NCBI RefSeq assembly: GCF_006345805.1
Contig: NC_042997.1
Location: 108,190,001 to 108,254,000 of the forward strand
DNA from: Octopus sinensis
Lineage: Eukaryota
DNA length: 64,000 bases
Reading direction: 5' to 3'
The notes beneath the pieces are model-generated. The model was not told where the DNA came from, made no database searches, and was given only the letters and a program-made list of their open reading frames with translations. Below, piece after piece: positions 13,369 through 26,381 of the stretch (position 1 is the first letter of the stretch; every line of letters begins with the position of its first letter). A program made the position numbers and the translations under genes.

Positions 13369-14680
13369 TAGAATCGCATGAAATATTAGCAGGAAGTGAG
13401 TCATTCTTGGTGTGTTCAATTCTATCTTGTAAAGTGTTATCCGCATCAGTTTTGAACAATTTATTGGGGGGGGGTGTCTTTATTGTTGTTGTTGTTTAGC
13501 AGAAACGATTTGGGGTGATACCAAATGTTCCCTGAACTAATCTTAACCCCATTCACCAATCGTGCAGGTTTTATCGACGCCACATGGCAGCAAATTCTTT
13601 CTTATATGTCTCTAGCTTTATGGTTTTAATTTTAGTTTACATTTACATAAGACCGCTGCGTGTTTTAATATCCTTTCTGACACAAAAAAAAAACAGGCTC
13701 ACGCATCCTCTCGTATCCATTGCTGACGGGGTTTATGTGGGCAAAAATTAAACAAATTCATAACAGAAAACTATTTAAAAGCTATCGTCTGGTCACTCGT
13801 CCACAAATATATTAAATCTGAACATTTGTAAGAAAAAATGGTGTGGACTATACAGAACACCTCCGATAGGTTGCGACTTAACTCTTGCAGTCTCCTGACA
13901 TGTGGAAAAGAGTTCTTCCATAGATCAGTTAAGGATCCCAAAAGTTAGTACCAGTACTTCAGATACTCCGTGGTATATTGCCATGTTGCACAAGGAGACA
14001 CCCATCCATCTTCTTCTTTTTTTTGTTTAAAGTCGGATATAATATTCATTAAGGTAACATTATTTTTGAAAACCTTTGTATGATGCACTGAAGGCAATAT
14101 TGCGGTAAAATAATTCATGAAAAAAGGCTCGGATCCTGGAAAGTGTTTATCACGCATCAACTACCATGTAAGGAATTATCGTTTTGTCAAATTCCATCTC
14201 CATATCGACTAAAAATGATGTTACCAAACATAGTTATTGATATTGACTGAGAAATTATGGGTTCCTTAGGAGACTCTTGAATTCTTCTTTCAATTCACAC
14301 AATAACAATTGTCGATTTTTGACGACAAAGATCGATTAACTCTGAAGAGCTGTTCAAGGTCTTACGTGTCGCTCATCTACTTTTGTCTGAAATATAAATA
14401 CTACAGCCATCATTACACTGATTATAAGGTCTGGTATGCTCTAATATCATCAAATAATTTTACACTTTCTAATATTATTATTTCTTAAAGTCCAATGTAT
14501 TCCATCAAACTTGGGTCGAAAGATCTCTCAGCATTTCTGAAGTATGTTGAATGATGATTGGATCATAAGTTAAAAGGATTCTCAGTTAACCCCATACAAT
14601 CATTAGAAACCGAATTAGTCGCTGGAGTTACATTCGATGAACAAATGATTTAGAAAAACAGGAAAATATTTAGTCGACGG

Positions 14681-14730
14681 CTAGCAGAGATACCCGGCGT
14701 TGATCAGGATTAAAGTGGCATAGTTTTTTT
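14681..14730 (-). mobile_element. Helitron 3'-end remnant
   Basis: ctagcagagatacccggcgttg matches the termini at 7963 and 44717. Confidence 0.5.
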
Positions 14731-14741
14731 TATTGTTTTAC

Positions 14742-15040
14742 TTGTTTCAGGCATGTAACTACGGCCATGCTGGAGCACCGCCTTTAGTCGGAGAAATCGA
14801 CCCCAGGATTTATTCTTTGCAAGCCTAGTACTTATTTTATCGGTGACTTTTGCCGAACTGCTAGGTTATGGGGACTAAAACACAGCAACATCGGTTGTCA
14901 AGCGATGGTAGGGGTACAAACACAGACAGACACACACACACCCGCGCACACGTACGCATACACAAATATACACATATATACGACAGTCTTCTATCAAGTT
15001 TCCGTGTACGAAATCCACTCACAAGGTTTTGGTGGACCTC
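14742..15040 (-). mobile_element. SINE family B, 3' two-thirds
   Basis: ggccatgctggagcaccgcctttagtcg...ttttgccgaac...aaatccactcacaagg. Confidence 0.78.
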
Positions 15041-15098
15041 AGGGTATATATATGTGTGTGTGTGTATGTGTGCGTGTGTGCGTGTGTGTGTGTGTATG

Positions 15099-15132
<34 letters not shown>

Positions 15133-15388
15133 ATTGAACTAAGAGAATTTCCAATCATTATTCTTCATTTAGGAATAGCAGTAAACGTTATAGCACAGGG
15201 CTAAGTAAATTATATTTGGTATCTTCAAGACAACAATAAGGATTTTAAGTTAGATTGGTTCATCCTGTCCATCTCTTCCCTTATGACAAGGGCAAAGGAT
15301 TTTGTAACATTTGCAACTCTGAACTCTTCCACATTCAGAGAGAATAAAAAAGGCTTTTGGTGCAAATGGTCAAGCATGTATATATATA

Positions 15389-15428
<40 letters not shown>

Positions 15429-15454
15429 CATACATATAAATCATACATACATAC

Positions 15455-15494
<40 letters not shown>

Positions 15495-15547
15495 CATAAT
15501 CATACATACATACATATATTATATATATATATATATATAATATATAT

Positions 15548-15581
<34 letters not shown>

Positions 15582-16080
15582 ATACTTACTTGGAAGGAGG
15601 ATGCGTGGCATTTCGTCTTTACCTTCAAAACACGGAGTAGACGAAACGGAGGCGGCTGAAGAAGGGGAATTTTCCTTGTGTCGTATGTCTTGTACCCTGT
15701 TTTTTCGTTGTTTAAAAAATGTCCGTTTCCATGGTTCTGTTTTTATGTTTTCGTTCCTTATTGTGTTCGATGCTTTTTTGGGGTGTCCTGTACCTATATA
15801 TGCATGTATATATACATATAGATGTAGGTACGTACATATATATATGTATATATGCATATGTTTTATTTATTATTTTGTTATATATACCATATATATACAT
15901 ACACATCACACACACACACACACACACACACACACCACACACACACACACCATATATATATATATATTATATATATATATATATATAATATATGCATTTA
16001 GACGAGTATATTACATGCACATCTATGTATATTTACGAATATCTACGTATGTGTGTATGTGCATGTGTGTGTATGTGTGT

Positions 16081-16122
<42 letters not shown>

Positions 16123-16378
16123 TATCGCCCAACAGGTACCCGGATCTCAGTTCTGCCATCGACTTCAATGACGTCAACACAAGGATGTAGAAAATGAATC
16201 GGAAACGCCAGCAAGTAGTTTCATTGTCATTTTATCTTATTAGCGCTTCCGATCCTGTAACGATTTCACCCCCACCACCATTGCAACCACCACCCTTACA
16301 GACACCAACATCACAACCATCACCATCACCAACAACAACAACTGCTGCTACTACTTATGCTCTCAAAACCGTTATCAT

Positions 16379-16432
<54 letters not shown>

Positions 16433-16709
16433 AGCAGTAAATAGAAAGATATAACACCAAAAATCGCATACAAACACACATATGGACAGACAGGCACACA
16501 CACTTACACATACACGCGCGCACACATGGACAGGCAGACAGACAGACACACATATGGACACACATACACGTATGTAGGCACACACAAACACGTATGTAGG
16601 CACACACAATCACACACAAACATACACACTCACACACTCATATGCACACAGACCCAAACACACACACGTACACGCACACAGATGTTAATAGATGACAAAT
16701 AAAAGATGA

Positions 16710-17004
16710 ACTCTGTTTTAGTCTTCGCTAAAAGTCTGTGGTCGGCCTTTTAATTCTCTACGTAACACTTCAATGGCTATATCTATTTCTTTATTACCCA
16801 CAAGGGGCTAAACATAGAGGGGGCAAACAAGGACAGGCAAACGGATTAAGTCGATTACATCGACCCTAGTGCGTAACTGGTACTTAATTTATCGACCCCG
16901 AAAGGATGAAAGGCAAAGTCGACCTCGGCGGAATTTGAACTCACAACGTAGCGGCAGACGAAATACCGCTTGGCATTTCGCCGGTGTGCTAACGTTTCTG
17001 CCAG

Positions 17005-17062
<58 letters not shown>

Positions 17063-18620
17063 ACACACACACACATACACACACACATGCACACATGCTT
17101 GTATGTACAAATACATACGTAACACTTCATTGGCTATATCGAGGCAATATTGTATGTGGCAGCGAAACCTAACGGAAATTAGCCAGAAATTATCAAAGAT
17201 ATTAAACTCTGAATATCAACTATAAACCGTCGGTGAGAAAGAGAATATAAAATTGTGATGAAGCGGAACCTGAAATCCTGCCATAAGAATGCTTGGTATT
17301 CTTTACCAATCTAAACAATGTTGTTAACCTGGAGTGTCAACAGAAAGCTTATGAAATTTTCTGTTCGGATTGATAATCCCTCACTAATAGGTCACTTATA
17401 TTGACAAAGGTTCCTGTCATCCAGCCATAGTTTTCAATAATCTGGTAAAGGGCGCCAGCAGAAGAATCTCGAACCTATCTTGAAATAAAGATATTTGTAC
17501 TACAACCAGGTTCTGGCAGCCAGACCCTAACCCCTCGAAGAGAAGGCGCCACCGGAAAGTGTTGTGGTTCACACCACCCTTCTTTTTAAGCGTTAAAACC
17601 CAAGTAGGTAAGATTTGTCTTAGCTTAATAAATAAACACTTCCCCCGTACAGATACGTTTAAGCAAAATATTCAATAGGCATAGCCTGAGAATTTCCTCT
17701 AGCTGTACACCCAGTGTAAAACATTTTAATAGGTAGTCCCACATCTGAAACAGAAGTAGGATGCTCATGTAGGGGTAACTCAACATGTCCACTGAACTAC
17801 CACTGTAACATGGAGACCGTCGTATACGAGTCAAAGGTAACAGCCATGGGACCAAATGAGCAACCAAACGTGCGAAAGTACGTGGAAGCAACTGAAGCCC
17901 CCCTTCAGAACCTGCTATAACTACCACAAGTCCTTCTTCAACATCCCGGAGAGATGTAATACCACAACCCTGACCAAGCACATTTGGTCTTTTAAAGAAA
18001 GCGCCACCAAGTACAGCGTAAAGTGGAAGATCTTACAGAAATGTAAACTGTACAGGAAGTGCAAGTTATGCCTGGCTGAGAAAAGAGCGATTTTAAAGAG
18101 TATCCAGCACCCAGGTATTTATCAGAATAGCAGAAGTGAAATTTTTATTCCTTGCCCACATGAAAGGAAATACATTCTATCATACCTGCGTGCTCCGTTA
18201 TGATTATAATCACCAATCCCCCCAAGTTCGGTCCTCCACCATTACCTCGGAGTCCGGCAAAGAGTATGACCAGAGCATACACTAACGCACCCACAAACAC
18301 GCACGTCTCAACACGGCGAACACCTACCCAATAGACTGCCCCCCCCCCCAAATAAACCCACATACACATTGTACCCCTACATACTCCATACTCCATACTT
18401 TCATCTATTGTCGGTTAACGTTTCTTACAGTTCGTTTATATTAAATACCAGCATCCAGTTATATCACTGATATTATACTTTAATTTCGGCTGACCCTAAT
18501 TAGTTTAATCTCTGCTAATTCTCCACACTCATGCTATAACTGTTTAAACGGATTATTGTTTCCTCGACCAAACATTTTCGGATTATTCCTCTTCTCGAAC
18601 AATATATTTTTAAGATTATT
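16710..18620 (+). mobile_element. Decayed Penelope-like element, Naiad-type (RT C-half plus GIY-YIG endonuclease), with a nested SINE
   Basis: VGLLIL..LYR (decayed RT motif 5), YIDKGSCHP, HRKVLWFTPPF.SVKTQVGK..L.LINKHFP, KIFNR, CSCRGNSTCPL..C..VVYESKV...KYV.ATE.PF, CKLCLAEK, RSEI..PCPHERKYIL; frameshifts and stops. Confidence 0.85.
16784..17006 (-). mobile_element. SINE family A nested in the Naiad-type element
   Basis: Family-A body with the acaaggggctaaac tail. The insertion, including (CA)n up to 17115, is flanked by a 25-bp direct repeat (16759-16783 and 17116-17140, one mismatch). Confidence 0.85.
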
Positions 18621-19137
18621 ATAATTTATAATTTTCATATCTCACTTGTTTCTTTATAATTCTTTACTTGATTAATTTTTTTTTTTGATTTCTTAATTTT
18701 CAAACGTAATATATTATGTATTCAACCCTAATCCCGGTTTAACTTACACTCCTCCACTTAATAAAGATTTAGCAACGAACTACATAACTAATTAATATCT
18801 ATTTTAATTTATTTTATTTTTGCTGATTCTAAACTCTTAATCTCAATTTTTTGAATTTTGTACTTTTAAAAACTTTTTAAAAGTAATATGTATTTACCCC
18901 CAATCACTTTGATCCTCAGTCCCCTTCACTGGGCTGTTATTTATGTGTCACTAGCTAAGTATTAATTTTCACTCTATACATCTTATCTATTTATTCTCAG
19001 TTTCTATATTTGGTGTCCCTATATTTTCTCTATTTTTTTCTTTTTTTATCTTATACATCTTCAATTCACCCAAGCCATATTTGTTCAGACTAGAATAGTT
19101 TATAACTTTCTTGGCTGCTTTTCAATTAAACTCTAAA

Positions 19138-19610
19138 TTCTTAAAGTAAAGCGTATTTGCCAACATAATGTGGCAGTCTTGGATGGGACGAATGCCACTG
19201 TTGTTTAGCCCCCAGGAAACATCGTTTCCGGCTGGCTATACGACACAATATCTTCGTCCTTATATTTTCGAACAGGGGAGCTCAGCACCCACATCCAGCA
19301 CAAAGCAACATCTGTGGACCGGTTTCTGGATTATTGCCCTTTGTCAGCACAGAGTAGCTGCTCGGCTAGACGGTGCTGCTGAATTCCCGTTCGAAAATAT
19401 ATAATTTTCAAAGTGACACACAGTCACTGATCTAATAAATAGAAACGCTTCAAAGATGTTGCTTTGTGCTGGATGGGGGTGTTGAGCTCTCTGTTCGAAA
19501 ATATAAGGACACAGATATTGTGGAAACGGCGTTTCCTCTGGCAAAGTAGTAACATTCGTTCCATCAAGGACTTCCACATTATGTTGGCAAATAGTCTTTA
19601 CTTTAAAGAA
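19138..19610. mobile_element. Fold-back (inverted) Penelope-type pLTR element containing a hammerhead
   Basis: Diverged inverted arms at about 19138-19330 and 19436-19610; homologous to the 37362-37952 element (gccccagga..ca.c...cc.g.tggcta..gacac). Confidence 0.7.
19312..19352 (-). ncRNA. Minimal type I hammerhead ribozyme motif (G8>A, probably dead)
   Basis: ctgtg-CTGACAA-A GGG caataa TCC A-GAAA-CCG-GTC-cacag; perfect 5-bp stem I; palindromic ACCGGT stem III. Confidence 0.7.
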
Positions 19611-20428
19611 CTGTTACTGTTCTTAGTTTCTGCTTTAACTCTTTAGGGTCTATTAGATTTCTCCATCTTTTTCATATTGGCATCACTTTTTCCCTTGCTT
19701 ACACCTTCTAAGGTCACAAAGTGGGTCTGCTAGTGAGGCGGTGATTTATGCCTGCAACTAACCACACTGCTCCGCCACCACAAATATCAAAAGTATTCTC
19801 ATTATTATTATTTTCGACTTGTCAGAATTATCGGTTTAATCGTTCCCCCACCTCTCGTCTGCTCAACGTTGTCGCTGATGAATGCCGTCTGGTGTTCAAA
19901 TAAAATTTCACTCATCAAACGAAATTTGGTACCAGTGGCATGGCTGTATTGACCAACCACTAAAAATCCAGATAAAGCGATTTGCTCTATATGGCCCTAC
20001 CTAATTTATTAATCTTCTTTTCTTCTTCTTCTTCTTCTCTTCTTCTTCTTCTTCTTCTTCTTCTTCTTCTTCTTTTCTTCTTCTTCTTCTACTTCTTCTT
20101 CTTCTACACCCCCCTCCGTCATGATCTCTACGCTGATTACTTATCCCCTAAACACACTCTTATATACTTTTTGTTTCCTCCCAATATGAGCAAAAACGAA
20201 AAGAAAGAACAAAGCAAACCAATGCCTGGAGGACGCGTGGTGTGACAGCGCCCGTTTGATACTACTAGTCTGGGGAAGTGCCACTCTAATGTCTAAAACC
20301 GCAAACATTACGTACATTTTCTCTTCGAATGTTTGCGTTAACAGGTGTTGCAAGCAGATTGGTACAAAAACAATTGTAAGGAATCACTAAAGATGTGTCA
20401 AAGGATTTCTTTGTTTTCTTGCTATTTG

Positions 20429-20466
<38 letters not shown>

Positions 20467-20538
20467 ATATAATATATATATATATATATATATACGGAGA
20501 TGTACTTGAGCAAGTGACCTGATCATGTGCTGAAACAG

Positions 20539-20784
20539 AAACAATTGCAGCGTGGAAGGTGTTTATAAAACATTTAAAAACACACAAAACCCGTTAGATT
20601 CACTTTAACATTTAAATTTAATTTGTCAAAATATTTTCGTCGCTTTGAAATCGAGACCTGTCCACTGACAAAATTCCTTGCAGCACAGAAATATTTTGAC
20701 AAATTAAATTTAAATGTTGAAGTGAATTTAACGTTTTTTGTGTGTTTCTAATGGCTCATAAACACCTTCCGCGCCGCAATTGTT
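20539..20784. mobile_element. Fold-back pLTR element with a hammerhead at the axis
   Basis: Arms 20539-20636 and 20689-20784 are reverse complements with several mismatches. Confidence 0.75.
20623..20671 (-). ncRNA. Hammerhead motif with a G3-C8 core pair and an extra G after A9
   Basis: ttgtca-GTGGACA-G-GTCTC gatttcaaa GCGAC-GAAA-ATAT-TT-tgacaa; perfect 6-bp stem I; palindromic AATATT stem III; A6>G in this copy. Confidence 0.6.
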
Positions 20785-21463
20785 ATAGTAGTATTATCTG
20801 TATATATAAATTACTATCGTATAACCTTATACCATTATATATTATTCTACAATTCCTTTATTCTAAATCTCAACGACTTTATTTTGAAACTTTATTTAAT
20901 TTTTGTAGTAGAAGACCTGGGGATAAAACATTTACACGTAGCAAGGCAGACAGAAACTCCATCTGGAGTGGAAGCCAAAGGTATTTGAATGCATCGACAT
21001 TTTTACAAGAGTTGATCCTCTTTTCGAACGTGTGTGCATGTATGCCTGCATTCATGAATGCATGTAAGCATGTAAGCATGCATACTATCAGAGTCAGCAA
21101 GAAACACTGGAGAAATATAACAGAATTATTTGCCCTTCATTACGGGAATTAACAGAATTATTTGCCCTTGGTATTTCTCATTAAGTGGATTATCTGCTCT
21201 TGGTTTCATCAAAAGCATGACTGTTTTGAATTCAATAAATAAAATACTTGTGAAATAATAGCATGATAATAACATATTGCCTCTCCAGGGACAAGCCACT
21301 GATTTCCACTTAAGACACAGCTTAACTTGATCAACCCCAGTACATAACTAGTACTTATTTCATAAACTGCACTGAGGTTTGAATTCAGAGTATGAATATT
21401 TGAAACTAAATACTACACGGAATTAAAATCTATCGCTTCACTTCTACTGCTAAACACTGACTT

Positions 21464-21464
<1 letters not shown>

Positions 21465-21546
<82 letters not shown>

Positions 21547-21553
21547 CAATAAT

Positions 21554-21584
<31 letters not shown>

Positions 21585-21585
21585 G
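21465..21585. repeat. (TAA)n(CAA)n microsatellite
   Basis: Direct reading; abuts the 5' end of Dong-type copy C. Confidence 0.95.
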
Positions 21586-22690
21586 AAATTAGGAGGAGCA
21601 TCTTCCAAGTGAACTGCATGTCCCCACTGATCTTTGTACTGCGCTTGATACCACTGACACTGATTCTGAGGAAAGCAAAAGCTGGGTATGTATTCAAAAG
21701 CCGCCAGCAAAAAGTCAACCATTTGTTATTCATGGATGACCTCAAACTTTATGGTAAAGATGAAGCCCAAGTCAGTTCCCTCGTTGATACGGTGTATACC
21801 TTCAGTACTGATATCAGAATGGAGTTTGGACTGAGAAAGTGTGGTGTGTTAGTATTGAAGAGAGGCAAAATCAAATGTATGGACGGCCTAACGATACCGC
21901 CGGGAGAGGTTATGAAGCAGATAGAAGAGACGGGCTATAAGTACTTGGGGATTTTGGAAATGGATAAATTGATGGAGAAAGAAATGACAGAAAAATTTAA
22001 GGTGGAGTACTTACGCAGACTGAGACTGATCCTTAAGTCGAAATTAAACGGACGGAATAAGATTGAAGCTATCAACACCTGGGCGGTTTCACTTCATATA
22101 TCTGAAGCAGGGGTAATCGCATGGACAGTAGACGAACTAAACAGCTTAGACAGAAAGACAAGGAAGTTGCTGACTAGATATGGGCCACTCCACCCAAAAA
22201 GTGACACAAACAGACTGTATGTACCAAGAAAAAGAAGGGGAAGAGGACTTATTGGATGCAAACACAGCATTAGATCAGAAGAAAACAACATAGCATGGTA
22301 TGTAAAAAAAAATGCCACAGAACCGCTATTATTAGAAGTATGAAGGTCAGGCTTGTGTAGGATGGAAGATTACAAAGATAAAGCACTATACAAGAAATTG
22401 AAAACGAATGAAACTGAAAATAGGTGGGTAAAGAAAAGAATGCATGGTCAATTTCATAGAGATGTTGAAGATAAGACAGAGAGAGAACAAAGATGGCTGT
22501 GGATGACTAAAAGTGATCTAAAACCGGAAACGGAGGCTCTAATTTGTGCTGCCCAAGAGCAAGCACTAAGAACAAACTACATAAAATACAGAATAGACAA
22601 CAGTGCAGAAAGTGATAAGTGCAGAATCTGTGGACAAAATGGTGAAACCTTATGGCATATTACCGGCCAATGTGCGCCACTAGCCCAGAT
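21586..22690 (+). mobile_element. R4/Dong-type non-LTR retrotransposon fragment (RT motifs 4-7, thumb, CCHC knuckle), copy C
   Basis: GIFQ..MSPLIFVL, NHLLFMDDLKLY, MEFGLRKC, YKYLGI, RLYVPRKRRGRGL, ETEALICAAQEQALRT, KCRICGQNGETLWHITGQC. Confidence 0.92.
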
Positions 22691-23084
22691 TACTTTGATA
22701 TTATTGTATCGTATATTCCTATAGTGTATATGCGTAAGTAGACATATGCCTTGCATGTGGGAAGAGTGCTGGCATGACATGCAACATGAATGAAGCTCCA
22801 ACATCAATAATGGAAAACGTAGGGCTATAAGATGAAATGCACTTCTATTGAGAGAACGTGGCTTATAAAACAATGAAAAATTACTATTTTACAGACAAAA
22901 TGTAAATTTCGAACGGGACTCGTAGCCGTCTGCTCACAACCTTTTTTTTCCGTCTTATAAATGTAAAATACCCAATTGTTCCGCTGTTTTCAAGGCCATA
23001 CTACGTCGGAAATTTACTTTTTTGTCTAACGTTTCCAAAAAGTTTGTTTATAAAAAGTTGTCGCATTCCAGAAACAGTTGTTAT

Positions 23085-23246
23085 TATTATTATTTAGCGT
23101 TAAAACTGACGGTAATTGTTACCAGCTGAGCTTAATAGCTGAGTGCTCAGCAGGTACATTCTATGTGACACCAGTACGTGCGCTTTTTACATGATGGCCG
23201 TACCCGTGGGGTCCCAAATGGTTTGCAAGACAAGTGTGTCTTAACT

Positions 23247-23282
<36 letters not shown>

Positions 23283-23780
23283 GGGAAGAGGAACGGAGAG
23301 AAGTGACAGTGCACCAGGCGAGAGACTAGAATATGATAGAGGGACAAAGATAGCTGTCTTACTACAGAGGAGATACTTGGCTACCCCATTCGGACAAGGA
23401 AGGAGAGGAAGGTGAGAGAGATAAAGAGAGAGAGAGAAAGAGATTGGGCCTATGCATTGGGAACAATGGTGGAGAGTATAAGTACACAAAGGAGTTGAAG
23501 GAGATATTTAGAGATAGCAAGTGGTGTTGAGAGGAAACTGGAGGAGCCTGTAGTGGGTGATGGGGTTGGGAAGATGGTTGTGGGAGAGTCTTGCCAGAGA
23601 CAAATTAATATGTTTGTGTGTGTGAAGCGAAGGTGCAGATATGACCGTCAAGGACATGTCTTTATGTATGGATGGCCACAATTTTAACATAGCTTGATAT
23701 GTCTTCTCATGTACAGCAGATCGCCAGAAGTTTCGGTCCCGTGTCATCTCAGTGAGCTTCAATATCTGATGATCCTTTCT
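23085..23780 (-). mobile_element. 3' end of an RTE-clade LINE
   Basis: LTEMTRDRNFWRSAV (DR..WR C-terminal motif), then a pyrimidine-rich 3' UTR and a (TAA)n tail. Confidence 0.5.
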
Positions 23781-23812
23781 TATCCCTTGTGCTTGTGTGT
23801 GTGTGTGTGTGT

Positions 23813-23866
<54 letters not shown>

Positions 23867-24671
23867 CGCGTGTGTGTGCATGTATTTATGGATAGATACA
23901 TACATATGTAAATATGTGTGAAGGTATGTATATATGCATGTATATCTATATATTTATACAACTGTCTATTGATCCATCTCTGTGTGTGTCTCTCTCTCTC
24001 TCTCTACACACACATATGTGCGCGTGTATAAAGCATCTAACATTATGAAAGTGATCACATGACAAGCAGAAGCAAAAATTACACAATTGACATCCATTTA
24101 ACCTAGTTTAGGATTACATCCCATTAAACTAGTGTTTACTAAACTAATTATGTGTATTTTGATCATTAACAATAAGCCTCTTAATTAGGCAAGTGTTAAA
24201 CCGTAGTTGTTTCAGGTTTTCGTAACAAGTTCCCGGTATTTGTCATCGTCAGTGCAGTGTCATTATATCAATTATACCAACCTCACCACCATCATCACTA
24301 ACCCCACCACCATCATCATTTATGGCCACTGACCCTCTTCCTTTTGGCTTCTAATCATAAGTTTGTGGGTTCAATTAATTCCAGAGCCAGACAGATTAAT
24401 GGGTTGTTTGAGCCAGACACTTCATTTCCCATTGCCTCAGTCTACTTAGCTGTTAGGGGTACCAGTCATAACTCCCTCCAGCAGTCTCATCTTGGATGCT
24501 CCACTGAGTCAAAGGATGAGGAGTGCCATGGTGTCTTTATGTTTGCTAGTAATTTCATATCTAAAATATTTAATGAAGCTCTGGTACAGCACACGACTTA
24601 CGACAGCGGCGTCTAACAACCATTTCTGCTGGTGTCGTTGTGTTGGACCTTTCTAAATCTTCTATATTAAG

Positions 24672-25005
24672 TGAAGGCCTGCGGCTTAGTGGTTAGGATG
24701 TTCAGCTCAGAGTAATAAGGCCATGAGTTCGATTCCTGCTGGTGGTGCATTGTGTCCTTGCGCAAGCCACTTTATTTCACGCCACTTCAGTCCGTTCCCA
24801 TGGCAAAAATGAGTCATACTTTGTTTCGAAGGGTCTGCCATGTTATATTCCGAGTCGTGCTGAATCCCTGGCAGCTGTGTTAAAGGTAGATGCATCTGTG
24901 GCGCGCACAACTACTTGCATGGCAATTCCACGAGCAGACCGTTCCATTGACCGGATCAACTGGAACCCTCATCGTCGGAATTGGCAAAGAACCAGCTTTA
25001 TATAA
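24672..25005 (+). mobile_element. SINE family C (tRNA head plus CORE-like domain)
   Basis: gcggcttagtggttagg...gagttcgattcc...tgtgtccttgcgcaag; similar to 25845 and 47485. Confidence 0.75.
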
Positions 25006-25844
25006 AACAGCAGTTTTACATGGATTAAAAGTGGTGTGATTATAAGTGTGGGTAATCTCTGCAGCTCTTATTTCATGATAACAGCTTTCATTCGGTATAG
25101 CTAATAACGAGCAATTCACAAAACGAGTTAAAAATCTACTTAGTGTTTATAAGAATGGAGAGGTTAAAGCTAAACTTAATTCATTCATACTTAAAGTAAA
25201 TTATGTTAACAGCTATTCAAATTCATTCCCTCTGCATTGTGCGAAAGTACATTTGTATGCGTGTAGGCATCTTGAGAGACTTTCAGAAACTCTATTAATG
25301 ATCTCTTTGATCCACAGAACAGACAGATGATGTCGAATGGTTTTGCATGCCTTACTATGAACCAAGTTATGTTGTACTTAATTTTATCTCTCTCCAATCG
25401 CCATACAAAATCGACCAAGGATGTTGAATGTCTCTTATTGATTCTCTTGAAGCTGGAAACATGGTTGCGATAACGATTCTTAGATGAATCAGCCGTCTAC
25501 ACAATGTAAACATACGGCCCTCCCCTTGTGTGCATGGTACATTAATATACAATATTTGTACTCATACAGAGGTTCATCAATGGGCATTTTTATTTTTCGC
25601 TGCATGAGCATTTATCATATTTATTTGTATAAACGGCAGTTCTGACTTCATTTTCCAATGTTGTTACCGTGCTAGCTGTATCATAAGTATTTCTACTATT
25701 ACAATTTCACCGAAATTGGTGCTTTTCATTGCGGTTTACACCTCATTTGTTGGTATTTAGATGCGTTTATTCGTTAGATCCAGTAGGTGGGTTATTGAAC
25801 TGTTGTTGCATTTTACTGCCATGTATTCATATAAATATGTGAAA

Positions 25845-26130
25845 GCATGTGGCCTGATGATCAGAGTATTGCATTCACGATCGCTAGATCGTGAGTTCGA
25901 TTCCCAGGCTGAGAAGAATATTGTGTTCTTGAGCAAAACACTTTGTTTCACGTTGCTCCAGTCCACTCAGCTGTAAATAGGTCACCCTGCAAAGGAATAG
26001 TCTTCCAATCAGGGAAGAACGTTGGCCTCCTCGCCCAGCCAATGGGGTGGCATCCTTCAAAGGTTAAAAACAATGTCAAGCACATTGTGGTCAGCAATGT
26101 ATAACCTCGTCCAACAGACTGCTCAATACT
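25845..26130 (+). mobile_element. SINE family C
   Basis: gtggcctgatgatcag...gtgagttcgattccc...gtgttcttgagcaaaacactt...ccactcagctgtaaatag. Confidence 0.72.
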
Positions 26131-26227
26131 GTGTGCGCGTGTATGTGTGTATATATATACACACATACATATACACACACATATATATATACACAAACAT
26201 TTATATATGTGTATATGTAGAGAGAGA

Positions 26228-26263
<36 letters not shown>

Positions 26264-26325
26264 CAAATTGAGATAGGGGTTAAATGCAACCCTCCATGGG
26301 ATAACATTTCTCCATTTTCTTATCT

Positions 26326-26381
<56 letters not shown>

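Noticed and set aside
13500-14640. Possible decayed transposase on the minus strand
   Set aside because: Only short ambiguous peptide hints (e.g. GSEPFFMN); no family could be assigned.
17478-17486. In-frame TGA in the Naiad-type ORF (NLS*NKD) as selenocysteine
   Set aside because: The position corresponds to Ser rather than a conserved Cys in related elements, the copy has many other lesions, and no SECIS was identified.
18561-18600. Hammerhead-like topology on the minus strand (GAGAAGA-GGA ataa TCC-GAAA...GTC)
   Set aside because: C3 and U4 are both lost and stems I and III are mismatched; too decayed to support.
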